A DNA stretch of 64,000 bases from an uncultured bacterium. GTDB lineage: Bacteria; Eisenbacteria; RBG-16-71-46; CAIMUX01; WJJG01. The stretch spans positions 5,634 through 69,633 of the forward strand of contig CAZRWW010000001.1 in NCBI GenBank assembly GCA_964603725.1, given 5' to 3'. Position 1 is the stretch's first letter. Each line of letters opens with the position of its first letter. A program made the position numbers and the translations under genes. This document shows positions 46,450 through 56,001 of this stretch, in pieces. The notes under the pieces were generated by a model that worked only from the letters and a program-made list of their open reading frames with translations, did not search any database and was not told the origin of the DNA.

Positions 46450-48048
46450 CTAGGGACGGCTGAGCACGACTCGTCCCGCCGCCACCCGGCCATGGCCGGC
46501 GAGCCGGAGGTGGTAGACGCCCCGGGGCAGCGGCCGGCCGTCCCGCGCGCACCCTTGCCACTCGAACTCGTGGGGTCCCGGACGCGCAACAGGCTGGTGG
46601 ATCTCATCCACCAGCCGACCCTGGGTGTCGAGGACGCTCAGCGTCCAGAGGCCCGCGGACGGCAGCTGGGCGCGGACGCTGCACCGCGCGCTGAAGGGAT
46701 TGGGGCTGCACGCCAGGATCGTCAGCGGGGTCGGGATCACCGGCGGATCCACGTTCCACGGCTCGTCCGGCTCCCGGCGCATGGCGTAGATCTCGCGATT
46801 GCCGTCGCGGGTGTCCGACCAGGCCATGTGCAGGATGCCCTGGGCGTCCACCGCCAGAGTGGGCTGGAACGCGTCGCCGTCATCGGCCGTGGCCCGCTCG
46901 AGCAGCGACCAGCCCGCGGTCGGCCTGCCCGCGGTCGGCCAGCCCGCGCTCGACCAGCCCGCGGTCGGCCAGCCCGCGCTCGACCAGCCCGCGCTCGACC
47001 TGCCCGCAGTCGGCCAGCCCGCGCTCGACCAGCGCCGGTAGTAGATGTCGCGGTCGCCATTGCGACTGTCGGTCCAGGCCGCGTGCAGGGTGCCGCGGGC
47101 ATCCAGGGCGATCGCCGGGAAGAAGGCATCGGCAGGGCTATCGCTGACCGGCTCGACGGCGCCCCACTCGCCCTGCTCCATCCGAACGGCCAGAATCGCC
47201 CACGGCCTGCCCTCGCGGTGGTCCTCCCAGATCACGTGGACGCGCCCGCCCGCGCCGCTGGCGACCAGAACCTCCCAGGGCACCGGCGCGGGTTCGGTGG
47301 CCGCCAGCTTGATCTCATCGCCCCAGCCTGTCTCGGTGCGGTGGGCGTACCACAGCTCGCGGTCGTAGCCGCTGACGTCCAGCCAGACCGCGTGGGGGCG
47401 GCCCAGGCTGTCGGCCGCCACGTGCGGCGCGAATGGGCGACCGGAGACGCGGCTGATGCGCTCCTCGGGATCCCAGCTCGCGCCGTTCCAGCAGCGGTAG
47501 CAGATCTGATCGCCGGCGCGGCGGTCCTGCCAAACCAGGTGCACGCGACCCCGACCGTCTGCCGCCAGCGCGGGGGCCAGCGCCTGGCCGCCGGTCTGGG
47601 TGACCACCGCGGCTTCGCTCCAGGTCGCGCCGCTGCGCCGGCGGTGGTGGATCTCGCCGTCCACGTGCACCCAGACGACGTGAAGCCGGCCATGGCTGTC
47701 CGCGGCGACCGCCGGGGCTACGCCGCACTGTCAGCCGCCCGGATTGACGAGCTGAGCCTCGCCCCAGGATTCTCGGTCCCAGGCGCGGTAGACGATGTTG
47801 TGCCTGTCGATCGCCGGCTGCTTGTTCTGCCACACCACGTGCGCGTGACCAAAGATGTCGGCGGCGATGTCGGGGTGGCTGGAGAGCTCGGGCTCCGCCG
47901 ACAAGCGCTCGGGCGCGGACCACTTCTCGGAGGTCGCGATCGCGGGCGCGCCGGTCTCCAGCGCGCCCCTCGCGAGCGCGCCGACAGCGACCGGGGCGCC
48001 GCAGGCGAGGGTCAGGCCGACCCGGATGACCATGGCCGCGCGGCTCAT
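46450..48048 (-). pseudogene. BNR/sialidase-like repeat secreted protein with T9SS tail, interrupted by an in-frame TGA at 47731-47733; possible pseudogene, readthrough or sequencing error
   Basis: Track ORFs 47731..48048 and 46450..47670 are in the same frame. The 60 nt between them also translate into a BNR-like repeat (... ADSHGRLHVVW ...). The N-terminal piece has a signal peptide. The C-terminal piece has W.D.R.G.R.IYY repeats and a PNPF ... tail. Confidence 0.5.
46910..47029 (-). repeat. Eight tandem 15-bp units (CAGCCCGCG[G/C]TCG[G/A]C) encoding (AGWPT/AGWSS)n inside the BNR-repeat gene
   Basis: Perfect 15-bp periodicity from 46910 to 47029. Confidence 0.6.
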
Positions 48049-48369
48049 CGGAATGCGCCTCCCATGCCCTGCCGGCCGCGGCGGCCGGCAGCCGGCAGGG
48101 GCAGTATAGCGCGGGAGTGAGCCACATGAAGAAGCTCCTGGCGCACCCGGTTGGATCGCTGGCCATCATCCCGGGATGCAGCCAGGACGCCACCGGACCG
48201 GAACCCGTGCACGTCCCGGGCTGGAGGCCCGACCCGCCCCCAGGCCCTTCAAGAACAGGGTTCGATCTTCGTCAGCGCGGCCCGCGGGGAGTCTGCCGCC
48301 CGCACCGAGCGCTTCAGGATTCGACCCTGGCCGCGTCAGCCCGCCCTGCCAGCTGTCATCCCGCTCGGC

Positions 48370-48453
48370 CAGCAGCCCGATCAGCTCGCGTCGCAGGATC
48401 TTCCCGGTGGGGCCGCGCGGCAGCCGCTCCAGGCGGATCACGCGGCGCGGCAC
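48370..48453 (-). pseudogene. Remnant of the 3' end of an AMP-binding (acyl-CoA synthetase) gene; direct duplicate of 49620-49706
   Basis: Track ORF 48166..48453 begins MPRRVIRLERLPRGPTGKILRRELIGLL. Compare the last 33 aa of the intact gene, VPRRVIRLEQMPRSPAGKILRRELRALLEGQG. Similar plus-strand peptides end at 48460 and 49712. Confidence 0.45.
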
Positions 48454-48563
48454 CTGGTAGGGCGCCAGGCACTGGCGGCAAGGCGCAGGTCGATCCCTCG
48501 CCAGGCGCGCCGAAGGGATTGGGACTGCACGGACAGAATCGCCCCGGACTGCCGCCCTCCACC

Positions 48564-49601
48564 CTAGCGCGCGCCAGGCGCGTCTGCGCAGGCTGCCAGC
48601 CTGGCCAGGAAATCGTGAACTCGCCTGACGGCCTCATCCCGGATCGCGTCGCTCTCGATGAAGATCTCATGCCGCGCCGCCGGCAGCAGGTGCACCTCGC
48701 AATCCGGCATGCGCCCGCAGGCGCGCTCCTGGGCCCCCCGCCTGACGAAGTCGTCGAGCCCTGCCTGGAGCATCAGCACTGGCACGCGGACCTTGGCCGC
48801 CGCGCGCTCGGCACCTTGGCCTGCGTTCAGGCTCTCGCGCAACCACTGCTGCGTGGGCCCGCCCATCCCCACAAGTCGCCGCGATGGCACGAGCTGTTCC
48901 TCCCACAACGACCACCGCGCATGGCTGTGGGTGACGATGTTCTCGGCAAAGGTCCCGGGCTTCCACGGCCCGCGCCAGGGGCAATAGCGCTCGCCCAGGC
49001 CGACGCGCACTGCCACGCCGCTCATGGCACGGGCCACCCATTCGGGAAGGGGATCGGTGATGATCTGCAGCATGGGCGCGCTGAGGACCGCACCGTCGAA
49101 GACCCCGGGATGGCGCTCCAGGAAGAGCAACGCCACCGTGCCGCCCATCGAATGGCCCAGAAGGACGCGCAGAGGGTGGGGACTCGCATCCACGACCTGA
49201 TCGACGAACGTCTGCAGGTCCTGGACATAGTGGTCGAAGCTCTCGACATGGATCTTCCCCGGGTCGTCTGGCAGGAGGGCCTCCGAGGAGCCCATGCCCC
49301 GGTGATCCATCAGGTAGAGCGAGAACCCGACGTCGCGCAGGTCGTAGATCAGCTCCGCGTACTTGAGGAAGGACTCCGACTTGCCGGGCACGATCACCAG
49401 CGCGCCCTGTTCGCGGGCAGCTCGGAACATGACCCAGGCAATCCGGACACCGCCCTCGCCTGCGAACGATCCGAATACACCCGCTTCATAGTAGGGCCAC
49501 ACCTTCTCGCGATAGGCATCGGCGAAACCCCGCTCATCGATCGCCCCCGCGCTGGCGCTGGACGCCGCGACGAGCAGAAGGACACAGACCGAGGCTTTCA
49601 C
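48564..49601 (-). CDS. Secreted alpha/beta-hydrolase, lysophospholipase L2 (PldB)-like
   Basis: SP MKASVCVLLLVAASSASA, nucleophile elbow GHSMGG, and Asp/His (... LLPAARHEIF). A 4-nt overlap with the upstream acyl-CoA synthetase suggests co-translation. Confidence 0.75.
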   Translation of the reverse strand: MKASVCVLLLVAASSASAGAIDERGFADAYREKVWPYYEAGVFGSFAGEGGVRIAWVMFRAAREQGALVIVPGKSESFLKYAELIYDLRDVGFSLYLMDHRGMGSSEALLPDDPGKIHVESFDHYVQDLQTFVDQVVDASPHPLRVLLGHSMGGTVALLFLERHPGVFDGAVLSAPMLQIITDPLPEWVARAMSGVAVRVGLGERYCPWRGPWKPGTFAENIVTHSHARWSLWEEQLVPSRRLVGMGGPTQQWLRESLNAGQGAERAAAKVRVPVLMLQAGLDDFVRRGAQERACGRMPDCEVHLLPAARHEIFIESDAIRDEAVRRVHDFLARLAACADAPGAR

Positions 49602-51079
49602 TCGCTGACACCCTGCCCCTCCAGCAGCGCGCGCAGCTCGCGCCGCAGGATCTTGCCGGCTGGGCTGCGCGGCATCTGTTCCAGGCGAATCACGCGACGC
49701 GGCACCTGGTAGGACGCCAGGTGGCTGCGGCAGTGCGCTCGCAGCAGCGACTCGTCGAACGTCGCCTCGCTGTCAAGCTCGACGAATGCGACGGGAACCT
49801 CCCCGCGGCCGGGATCGGGGATGCCGACGACCGCCGAGCAGAGAACGCCCGGATGGCGGTCGAGCACATCCTCGATCGTCCGCGGAAAGACGTTCTCGCC
49901 GCCGATCACGAGCATCTCCTTGAGGCGTCCGGTGATGTACAGGTGGCCGTCTGTGTCGATCCGGCCGATATCGCCGGTTCGGAAGTAGCCCACCTCGTCG
50001 AAGGCGGCCGCCGTCTCCTCCGCGAGCTTGTAGTAGCCCCTGGTCAAGTTCGGCCCTTTGATGCGCACTTCCCCTTCCTGGCCGACGCCCACTTCAGTTC
50101 CGTCGAGGGAGACGATCTTCTCTTCCACACCCGGCAGCGGCATCCCCACCGAGCCGCGCTTGTGGTCCTGCGGGCGGCACCAGTTGGCGACCGGAGAGGT
50201 TTCCGTGAGCCCGTAGCCTTCGTTCAGGGTGACGCCGAAGCGCTCCTGGAAACCTTCGAAGACGCTCTGGGGCAACGGCTCACCGCCTGAGACCAGATAG
50301 CGCACAGAAGAGAAGTGCTCGCGCGTCGCGCCCTTGGCATTGAGCAGGCTGTTCAACATCGACGGAATGGCCAGAAGTATGTGCGGGCGATGCTCCCGCA
50401 TCAGCTCCAGGACCTTGCGGGGGATGAAGCGGGCCGTGTAGACCACCTTGGCGCCGAGCCAAAGGGGCATCAGGGTGAGCACCGTCAAACCGAAGCAGTG
50501 GAACTGCGGCAGGACCCCCAGGACGACCGTCTGCCGGGGCAGGCGCGCCCACTCAATGCACTGCCCGACGTTGGCCCCCAGGTTGCCGGCGCTCAGCATC
50601 ACCCCCTTGGGCCGGCCGGAGGTGCCGGACGTGTAGAGCAGGGCGGCAAGGTGCTCCTCGGTGCGGGGCACGGGTCGACGCAGGGGCGGGATCCCCTTGA
50701 ACGACATGTGGTCGAGGCGAATCTGCCGGACCTGGGTCGGCAGATCGCCGAAGTGCTCGACCATGGGCGTCACGGTCACGACCGCGTCGAGCTCGGCGTT
50801 CTCGATGATGTGGTCGCGGTCGGCCGGTCGGAGCAGGTAGTTGATCGGCACGATCGTCCGCCCCAGCAGCCAGGTCGCCAGGATCCCCACGGGTGTCAGG
50901 CCCGAGGTCGGCAGCATCAAACCGATGTGAGGGCGGGCGGTGGTTCGCTGGATCTCGCGCGCCAGATGCAGCGCAGCGGCATAGAGCTCGAATCCCCGCC
51001 AGACGCGTTGATCGTCCACGACCGCCACGCGCAGCGGCGCAAGGAGTAGGTTTTGCAGCATCCGCCCCAGGAGCTCCAT
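49598..51079 (-). CDS. AMP-dependent synthetase/ligase (long-chain fatty-acid-CoA ligase / Aas-like acyl activator)
   Basis: AMP-binding motifs (YTSGTSGRPKGV, GYGLTE, GEVRIKGPNLTRGY, TGDIG ... GRLKE) and the C-terminal PRSPAGKILRREL. Confidence 0.85.
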   Translation of the reverse strand: MELLGRMLQNLLLAPLRVAVVDDQRVWRGFELYAAALHLAREIQRTTARPHIGLMLPTSGLTPVGILATWLLGRTIVPINYLLRPADRDHIIENAELDAVVTVTPMVEHFGDLPTQVRQIRLDHMSFKGIPPLRRPVPRTEEHLAALLYTSGTSGRPKGVMLSAGNLGANVGQCIEWARLPRQTVVLGVLPQFHCFGLTVLTLMPLWLGAKVVYTARFIPRKVLELMREHRPHILLAIPSMLNSLLNAKGATREHFSSVRYLVSGGEPLPQSVFEGFQERFGVTLNEGYGLTETSPVANWCRPQDHKRGSVGMPLPGVEEKIVSLDGTEVGVGQEGEVRIKGPNLTRGYYKLAEETAAAFDEVGYFRTGDIGRIDTDGHLYITGRLKEMLVIGGENVFPRTIEDVLDRHPGVLCSAVVGIPDPGRGEVPVAFVELDSEATFDESLLRAHCRSHLASYQVPRRVIRLEQMPRSPAGKILRRELRALLEGQGVSE

Positions 51080-51133
51080 CGAGACCTCCGGGCGCTCGGG
51101 TGACCCCGGGTGGGTCCACGGGCCGGGCGCGGC

Positions 51134-51529
51134 TCAGGGCGCCTCTGGCAAGCTGGACTGGCTATGACGCGCTCTCACCCCATGAACGCTATACAGAACC
51201 GCGGGAAGAAACGCCACGAGGATCGGCCCCGGCAGATCGCGATCGCCGCGCGCGATGCCGAGCCAGACCCAGAAGCCGATGAGACAACCGAGCGTGACGA
51301 GCCCTCCCGCCAGCGGCCAGCGCAGCGCGGCGAACAGCCCCAGACAGACGCCGAGTGGGTACAGCGACAGGCCCAGGTAGTCTGAAGGCATGCCCCCGTC
51401 TCCAGTCGGATTGACGAGGTAGGCTACGACGAAGAGCACGATGAGCGCCGCGTAGAGGGTCCCGGTGATCCTGGCGGTCCAGTGAACGATGCGCCATGCG
51501 GCGCGCACTCCGACCTGCAGGGGTCTCAT
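51134..51529 (-). CDS. Small integral membrane protein (4 TM), unknown function
   Basis: Start MRPLQV with GGAGGAGG upstream. Hydrophobic helices (LYAALIVLFVVAYLV, LGVCLGLFAAL, LVTLGCLIGFWVWL, ILVAFLPAVLY). Confidence 0.4.
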   Translation of the reverse strand: MRPLQVGVRAAWRIVHWTARITGTLYAALIVLFVVAYLVNPTGDGGMPSDYLGLSLYPLGVCLGLFAALRWPLAGGLVTLGCLIGFWVWLGIARGDRDLPGPILVAFLPAVLYSVHGVRARHSQSSLPEAP

Positions 51530-51920
51530 GCAAGCCTCCTCCTCGAGTCCGTCCCCCGCAGGGCCAGGAGAATCCAGCCAGCAGCCCGCTCGCACGAGGT
51601 CTCCCAGAGCCCGGCTGAGCTTTGTCCTCAAGGGCCCTGGCGCGACGGCGTCGGGTCTACGCTCGAAGACCGTCGCCAGGACCCGTTGGAGGAATCTGCA
51701 AGGAACATGCCTGCGGGGGCTTGGATCGGACGGCAACGGAAAGGTAATCTCTACAAACAGTTACGGGAGGCTGAAGCGCAGCCGAGCGGCATCAGCTTTG
51801 TGCGGGGGTCTGGTGAGCATACAGAGCGTCTACTCACGCAGACAGGGACGTCGCCCCATGTGATAGCATGGAGTCGGTCTCGATCGCACCTCCCACGTTG
51901 CGCGAGTCAGGGGGAGAAGC

Positions 51921-53198
51921 GTGCGTCCCACCATCCTGCTCTTGACGACCATGCTGTCGCTGATCCCGCCCGCCATCGCCACGGTCTACACCGTGCTCCC
52001 GGATGGCTCTGGCGACTTCCCCACGATCCAGGCTGGGGTGACCGCCGTCATCAATGGTGACGTGCTCGAGCTGGGATCCGGCACGTTTGCGGGTCCCGGC
52101 AATCGCGACGTGGACTACCTGGGCAAGGCGATCACCATCCGCTCGCAAAGCGGCAATCCGAACGACTGCATCATCGATTGCGGGGGCAGCGCCGTGGATC
52201 CGCATCGCGGCTTTCACTTTCATTTCGGGGAGCAGTCCGGATCGGTGCTCGGCGGGGTGACGATCACCCACGGATGGATGAGCGACACGGAACGCGGCGG
52301 GTGCATCCGCTGCGAGAACGGCAGCGCTCCCCTCATTGCCAACTGCGCCCTGACCCATACACGCGGAGCCGCGGCGCTGTGCCTCGGCCAGGGTCACCTG
52401 CAGCTTCATGGATGCGTCTTCGCTCACAATGATGCCTGCGAAGGCGGCGGGGTGTGCTGCGAAGAGGCCACCCTGACCATGGCGGGATGCCGGCTGTTCG
52501 AGAACACCGCCGACCTGCTGGGCGGCGGCGTTCACGCGCACGCCGCCGTGGTCGAGATGGTCGATTGCGAGTTCGAGCGCAACAGCGCCCTGCATGGCGG
52601 CGCGGCCGATTTCCACATCGGCTCGGTCGTCACGGTGCGCCAATGCCGCTTCTACGAGAACAGCGCCGTCGAAGCCGGCTGCCTCTGCCTGTTCGCCGGG
52701 TGCGAAGGTCTGATCGAGGGCTGCACCTTCTCCGGCAACGCCGGCAATCAGTGGGCATCGACGCTCGCGGTGGGCAAGAGCTCTCTGTGCCACGTGCGGA
52801 GCTGCACCTTCTATGGGAACGCCGGCACGCCGGGGGCGTTGTTGCTCGAAGACGCTCCCTGCACGTTGACCCAGACCGTGATCGCCTTCAACGAAGGCGG
52901 CCCCGGGCTCTGTCCGGTCAGTACCGTGACCCTGACCTGCTGCGACATCTTCGGCAACCAGGGCGGCGACTGGATCGGCAGCTTTGCCTGGCAGTACGGC
53001 CTGCAAGGCAACATCGCCGCCGACCCGCTCTTCTGCGACCCGGAGCTGCGTGACTTCCGGCTGGATGCGGCGTCGCCCTGCGCACCGTTCTCACCGCCCA
53101 ATCCCGAATGCGATCTCATCGGCGCCTGGCCGATCGGCTGCGGGGGCACGCCGGTCGAGGCGGTCAGCTGGGGCGAGCTGAAGGCGCGCTTCCGCTAG
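51921..53198 (+). CDS. Secreted Cys-rich right-handed beta-helix (PbH1) repeat protein
   Basis: GTG start with GGGGGAGA RBS. SP TILLLTTMLSLIPPAIA. Repeated G.a.c ... C.F.N. units. No T9SS tail is evident. Confidence 0.55.
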   Translation: MRPTILLLTTMLSLIPPAIATVYTVLPDGSGDFPTIQAGVTAVINGDVLELGSGTFAGPGNRDVDYLGKAITIRSQSGNPNDCIIDCGGSAVDPHRGFHFHFGEQSGSVLGGVTITHGWMSDTERGGCIRCENGSAPLIANCALTHTRGAAALCLGQGHLQLHGCVFAHNDACEGGGVCCEEATLTMAGCRLFENTADLLGGGVHAHAAVVEMVDCEFERNSALHGGAADFHIGSVVTVRQCRFYENSAVEAGCLCLFAGCEGLIEGCTFSGNAGNQWASTLAVGKSSLCHVRSCTFYGNAGTPGALLLEDAPCTLTQTVIAFNEGGPGLCPVSTVTLTCCDIFGNQGGDWIGSFAWQYGLQGNIAADPLFCDPELRDFRLDAASPCAPFSPPNPECDLIGAWPIGCGGTPVEAVSWGELKARFR

Positions 53199-53273
53199 CG
53201 GCCTGGATTGGCTAACCTGGCCGAGGACTGCGCGGCGCTGGCCTGAGCGGCGTGCGCCTCCCCCGGGAGCATC

Positions 53274-53903
53274 ATGGTCATGCGCCGCCACAAGGGTCTC
53301 TCCCTCATCGCGATGGCGATCGCCCCGTTTGCATCGGTCGTGGTGGGGCTCCATCTGCTGCGCAGCGCATGGTCCGCTCTGCTGCTCTACCACCTGCAGA
53401 TTGTCATCTGGGCCCTGTGGGTCCCCCGCGAACCTGCCGCCCTGCGCAGGGGTTGGTCCATGTCCTGGTTCGCGCGCCTGGGGCTCCCCTGCGCACTGTG
53501 CGCGCCATTGCTGTGCCTCTCGCAGGGTGAGGCTCTCCGCGCCGATGTCAGGCTCGCCGAATGGCTCGGCCGGCATGGGCTATCGGGCGCCTCCTTGGCC
53601 GTGTTCGTCTGCTACTATGGAGTGCTTCATCCACTGTTCGAGCAGTTCCACTGGGACATCCTGCGCCGGACGGCACGACCGCGGGCCTTGGCGCACGTCG
53701 CCTTCGCCTCCTACCACGTTCTCGTCCTGGCGCTCCTCTTGAGACCCGTGTGGGTCGGCGTGAGCATCGGCATGCTCTTGGTGGCCTCCTGGGCGTGGGG
53801 ACGGGCGCGGGAACGTCTCGGGGGTCTCGCCGTTCCCGCCCTGGCGCACATGGTCGCGGACGTGGCGATCATCGGAGCGACGTACTGCCTGGCGATGCGG
53901 TGA
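53274..53903 (+). CDS. Integral membrane protein, possibly CPBP/Abi-family intramembrane protease-like
   Basis: Six predicted TM helices and conserved-looking His residues (EQFHWD, ASYHVL, AHMVAD). The family assignment is tentative. Confidence 0.4.
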   Translation: MVMRRHKGLSLIAMAIAPFASVVVGLHLLRSAWSALLLYHLQIVIWALWVPREPAALRRGWSMSWFARLGLPCALCAPLLCLSQGEALRADVRLAEWLGRHGLSGASLAVFVCYYGVLHPLFEQFHWDILRRTARPRALAHVAFASYHVLVLALLLRPVWVGVSIGMLLVASWAWGRARERLGGLAVPALAHMVADVAIIGATYCLAMR

Positions 53904-54254
53904 GGCGCGCTGGATGCACCAGTTCAAGTTCGCGCCTCCAGTTGATTGTGTGGAAATCGTTTAGCGGCGTCTGCTGAACGGGTCCCAAGGTGGCGTTATC
54001 CTGGGGTGGCTCAGATCGCGCGGCGGGCGGCCGGGGATCGCCCCCCCGACCGAACTCCGCTTTCCGGCCGCTCGTACCAGGAGGCGACCGGCATGACGGG
54101 AAGTGGATCCCGGCCGGTCGGAGGCCTCGGGGATGCAGCCGGATGCGAGCGGGCTGCGCCGGAGGCGCAGGACGGCCAGGGGCGGCGAGGGTGGGGACGG
54201 GTGGCGAGGGTTGGCGGGTGATTCCGCCGGCTCCACTGCGGAGAGCACAACCGG

Positions 54255-54839
54255 GTGACGACCGACGAGCAACTCATCGGCCTCTGTCGTGAGGGCGACG
54301 AGCGAGCCTGGGAGCGCTTCATCCGGCGCCACCAAGACCGCATTCTCAACCTCGCCTATCAGTTCACCGGCAACCGGGAGGAGGCGCGCGATCTGGCACA
54401 GGAGATCTTCGTGCGCCTGTACGAGAAGATGGACCAGTATCAGACTGACAGACCATTCCTGACCTGGTTCAACAGCCTGGCGCGGAACCTGTGCATCGAT
54501 CACTACCGCAGCCGCCGGCGCGACCGGGTGCTGGTCGACACGCCCGTCGACGAGTACGCCAATATCGAATCCTCGGGCGAGTCCACAGACCGGCGCTTGC
54601 AGCGCCGCGAGCGGCACGAGTTCCTGATGACGGCGATGGGGACGCTCGGCGAGATCAGCCGCGAGGCGATCGTGCTCAAGGACCTGCAGGGTCATTCCCT
54701 GGAGGAGATCGCCGCCATGCTGGGCGTGCCGATCGGCACGGTGAAGTCGCGGGTCCACCGCGCGCGCATCGAGCTGGGCGGCGCCATCCTGAGATTGCAG
54801 CAGGCCGCCGCGCAACCGGAGGGTTCCAATGGACTGTAG
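54255..54839 (+). CDS. ECF sigma factor
   Basis: GTG start with GGAGAG RBS. Region 2 (ARDLAQEIFVRLYEKMDQY ... FLTWFNSLARNLCIDHYR) and region 4 (LEEIAAMLGVPIGTVKSRVHRAR). Confidence 0.8.
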   Translation: MTTDEQLIGLCREGDERAWERFIRRHQDRILNLAYQFTGNREEARDLAQEIFVRLYEKMDQYQTDRPFLTWFNSLARNLCIDHYRSRRRDRVLVDTPVDEYANIESSGESTDRRLQRRERHEFLMTAMGTLGEISREAIVLKDLQGHSLEEIAAMLGVPIGTVKSRVHRARIELGGAILRLQQAAAQPEGSNGL

Positions 54840-56001
54840 AACCTTCCGTGAGCTGCTGGACCGCTACCTGAGCGGGAACCTCCCGGCCCACCAGTTTGAT
54901 CAGATGGTGGAGCACGAAGCCGTCTGCGCCGCTTGTCATGAACTGGCCGCGGCGATGATGAGCGCTCCCGGGGTGGCCTGGAATCAGGACCGCCTGACGG
55001 ACGCGGCGCTCTCGGCGGCGCAGTCCGAGCCCGGACAGCCTGAAGCATCCAGCCAGCCGGAGGCGTCCGGGCGGCCGGAGGTCGGCGCGGCCTGGCTGGG
55101 GCACACGCTCGACCGCACGGTGGGCGCGGACTGCGCCTACGTGCGCCTGCGCCTGGCCGAGGCGATCGACGCGCCGCTGCTCCCCGACACCGCGCGTCGC
55201 GTCGAGCTCCATCTGCTTGGCTGCGCACCCTGTGCGGCGCTGGCGGCCGTGCTGCGCGACCTGCCCGCCCACTACGACGCCCTCGAGCGGCTGCGCGCCG
55301 ACCACGCCTTCGCCGCCGAGATCGTCGCGCGCACGATGCCGGCGCGCCCGAGCTGGCGCGAGGTGTTGCGCGCCCTGGTGCGCCGGCCCGAGGCCCTGTG
55401 GGAAGGCGCGGTTGTCTGCGCGCTCCTGACCACCCCGCTGGCCGGCCCCTCGATGACGGACCTGATTCGTTCGGCCCGCCAGGCCGGCGGCCGGATCGAG
55501 CAGCACCTCGAGCAGCACGTTGAGCGGCGCGTCGAGCAGCGCATCGGGCAAGAGGTCGCCCTCGCCGGCGTCCCGAGATCTCTGGGGAATCACGTCATCG
55601 CCGCCGCCGCGGAAGTCGGTGCCACCATCGACGGCGGCCGGCGGTCGGTGCTGGATGGATTGACTCGCATGCGGGCCCGCTTCGAGGATTCCATCACTGC
55701 GGCGATCGACACGCGCGCGGCGTCCGACCCGCGGGTGGCCGTCGTGGCCCCGGCGCTGAAGGACGCCCTGGGTCGCATCGGCCTGATCGCAGACGATTCG
55801 GTCGATCATGTCCAACCCGCCCGGGCGGGCGAGTCGGCGGCGGAGCCCGCCACGGCGCCGGCCGCCGCCGGACCGAGTGCTCCGCGGGACAGCTCGGACT
55901 CGGCGAGTCCGAAGGGTCCCGCGGAGCGATTCGGAGCCACGGCCGCACCCGGGCACCAAGGCACGGAGGTAGAATCCGATGAACTGCGCCAATCACCCTG
56001 A
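54829..56001 (+). CDS. Anti-sigma factor (zf-HC2: HEAVCAACHE)
   Basis: Overlaps the sigma gene by 11 nt. The N-terminus has a zinc-finger-like H-x3-C-x2-C motif, followed by a long Ala/Arg-rich C-terminal region. Confidence 0.6.
   Translation: MDCRTFRELLDRYLSGNLPAHQFDQMVEHEAVCAACHELAAAMMSAPGVAWNQDRLTDAALSAAQSEPGQPEASSQPEASGRPEVGAAWLGHTLDRTVGADCAYVRLRLAEAIDAPLLPDTARRVELHLLGCAPCAALAAVLRDLPAHYDALERLRADHAFAAEIVARTMPARPSWREVLRALVRRPEALWEGAVVCALLTTPLAGPSMTDLIRSARQAGGRIEQHLEQHVERRVEQRIGQEVALAGVPRSLGNHVIAAAAEVGATIDGGRRSVLDGLTRMRARFEDSITAAIDTRAASDPRVAVVAPALKDALGRIGLIADDSVDHVQPARAGESAAEPATAPAAAGPSAPRDSSDSASPKGPAERFGATAAPGHQGTEVESDELRQSP

Noticed and set aside
47731-47733. Selenocysteine codon in the BNR gene
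   Set aside because: The local context (GG-U-QCG) lacks a CxxU/UxxC redox motif, and I could not find a convincing hairpin directly 3' of the TGA. Pseudogene, sequencing error or readthrough is more likely, so I report it as uncertain rather than as a selenoprotein.
51530-51920. Possible ncRNA in the 390-bp lower-GC divergent region (track ORFs 51482..52060 and 51489..51863)
   Set aside because: I could recognise no conserved RNA motif. The ORF translations are low-complexity. It is probably just two divergent promoters, but I could not exclude a small RNA without a covariance search.
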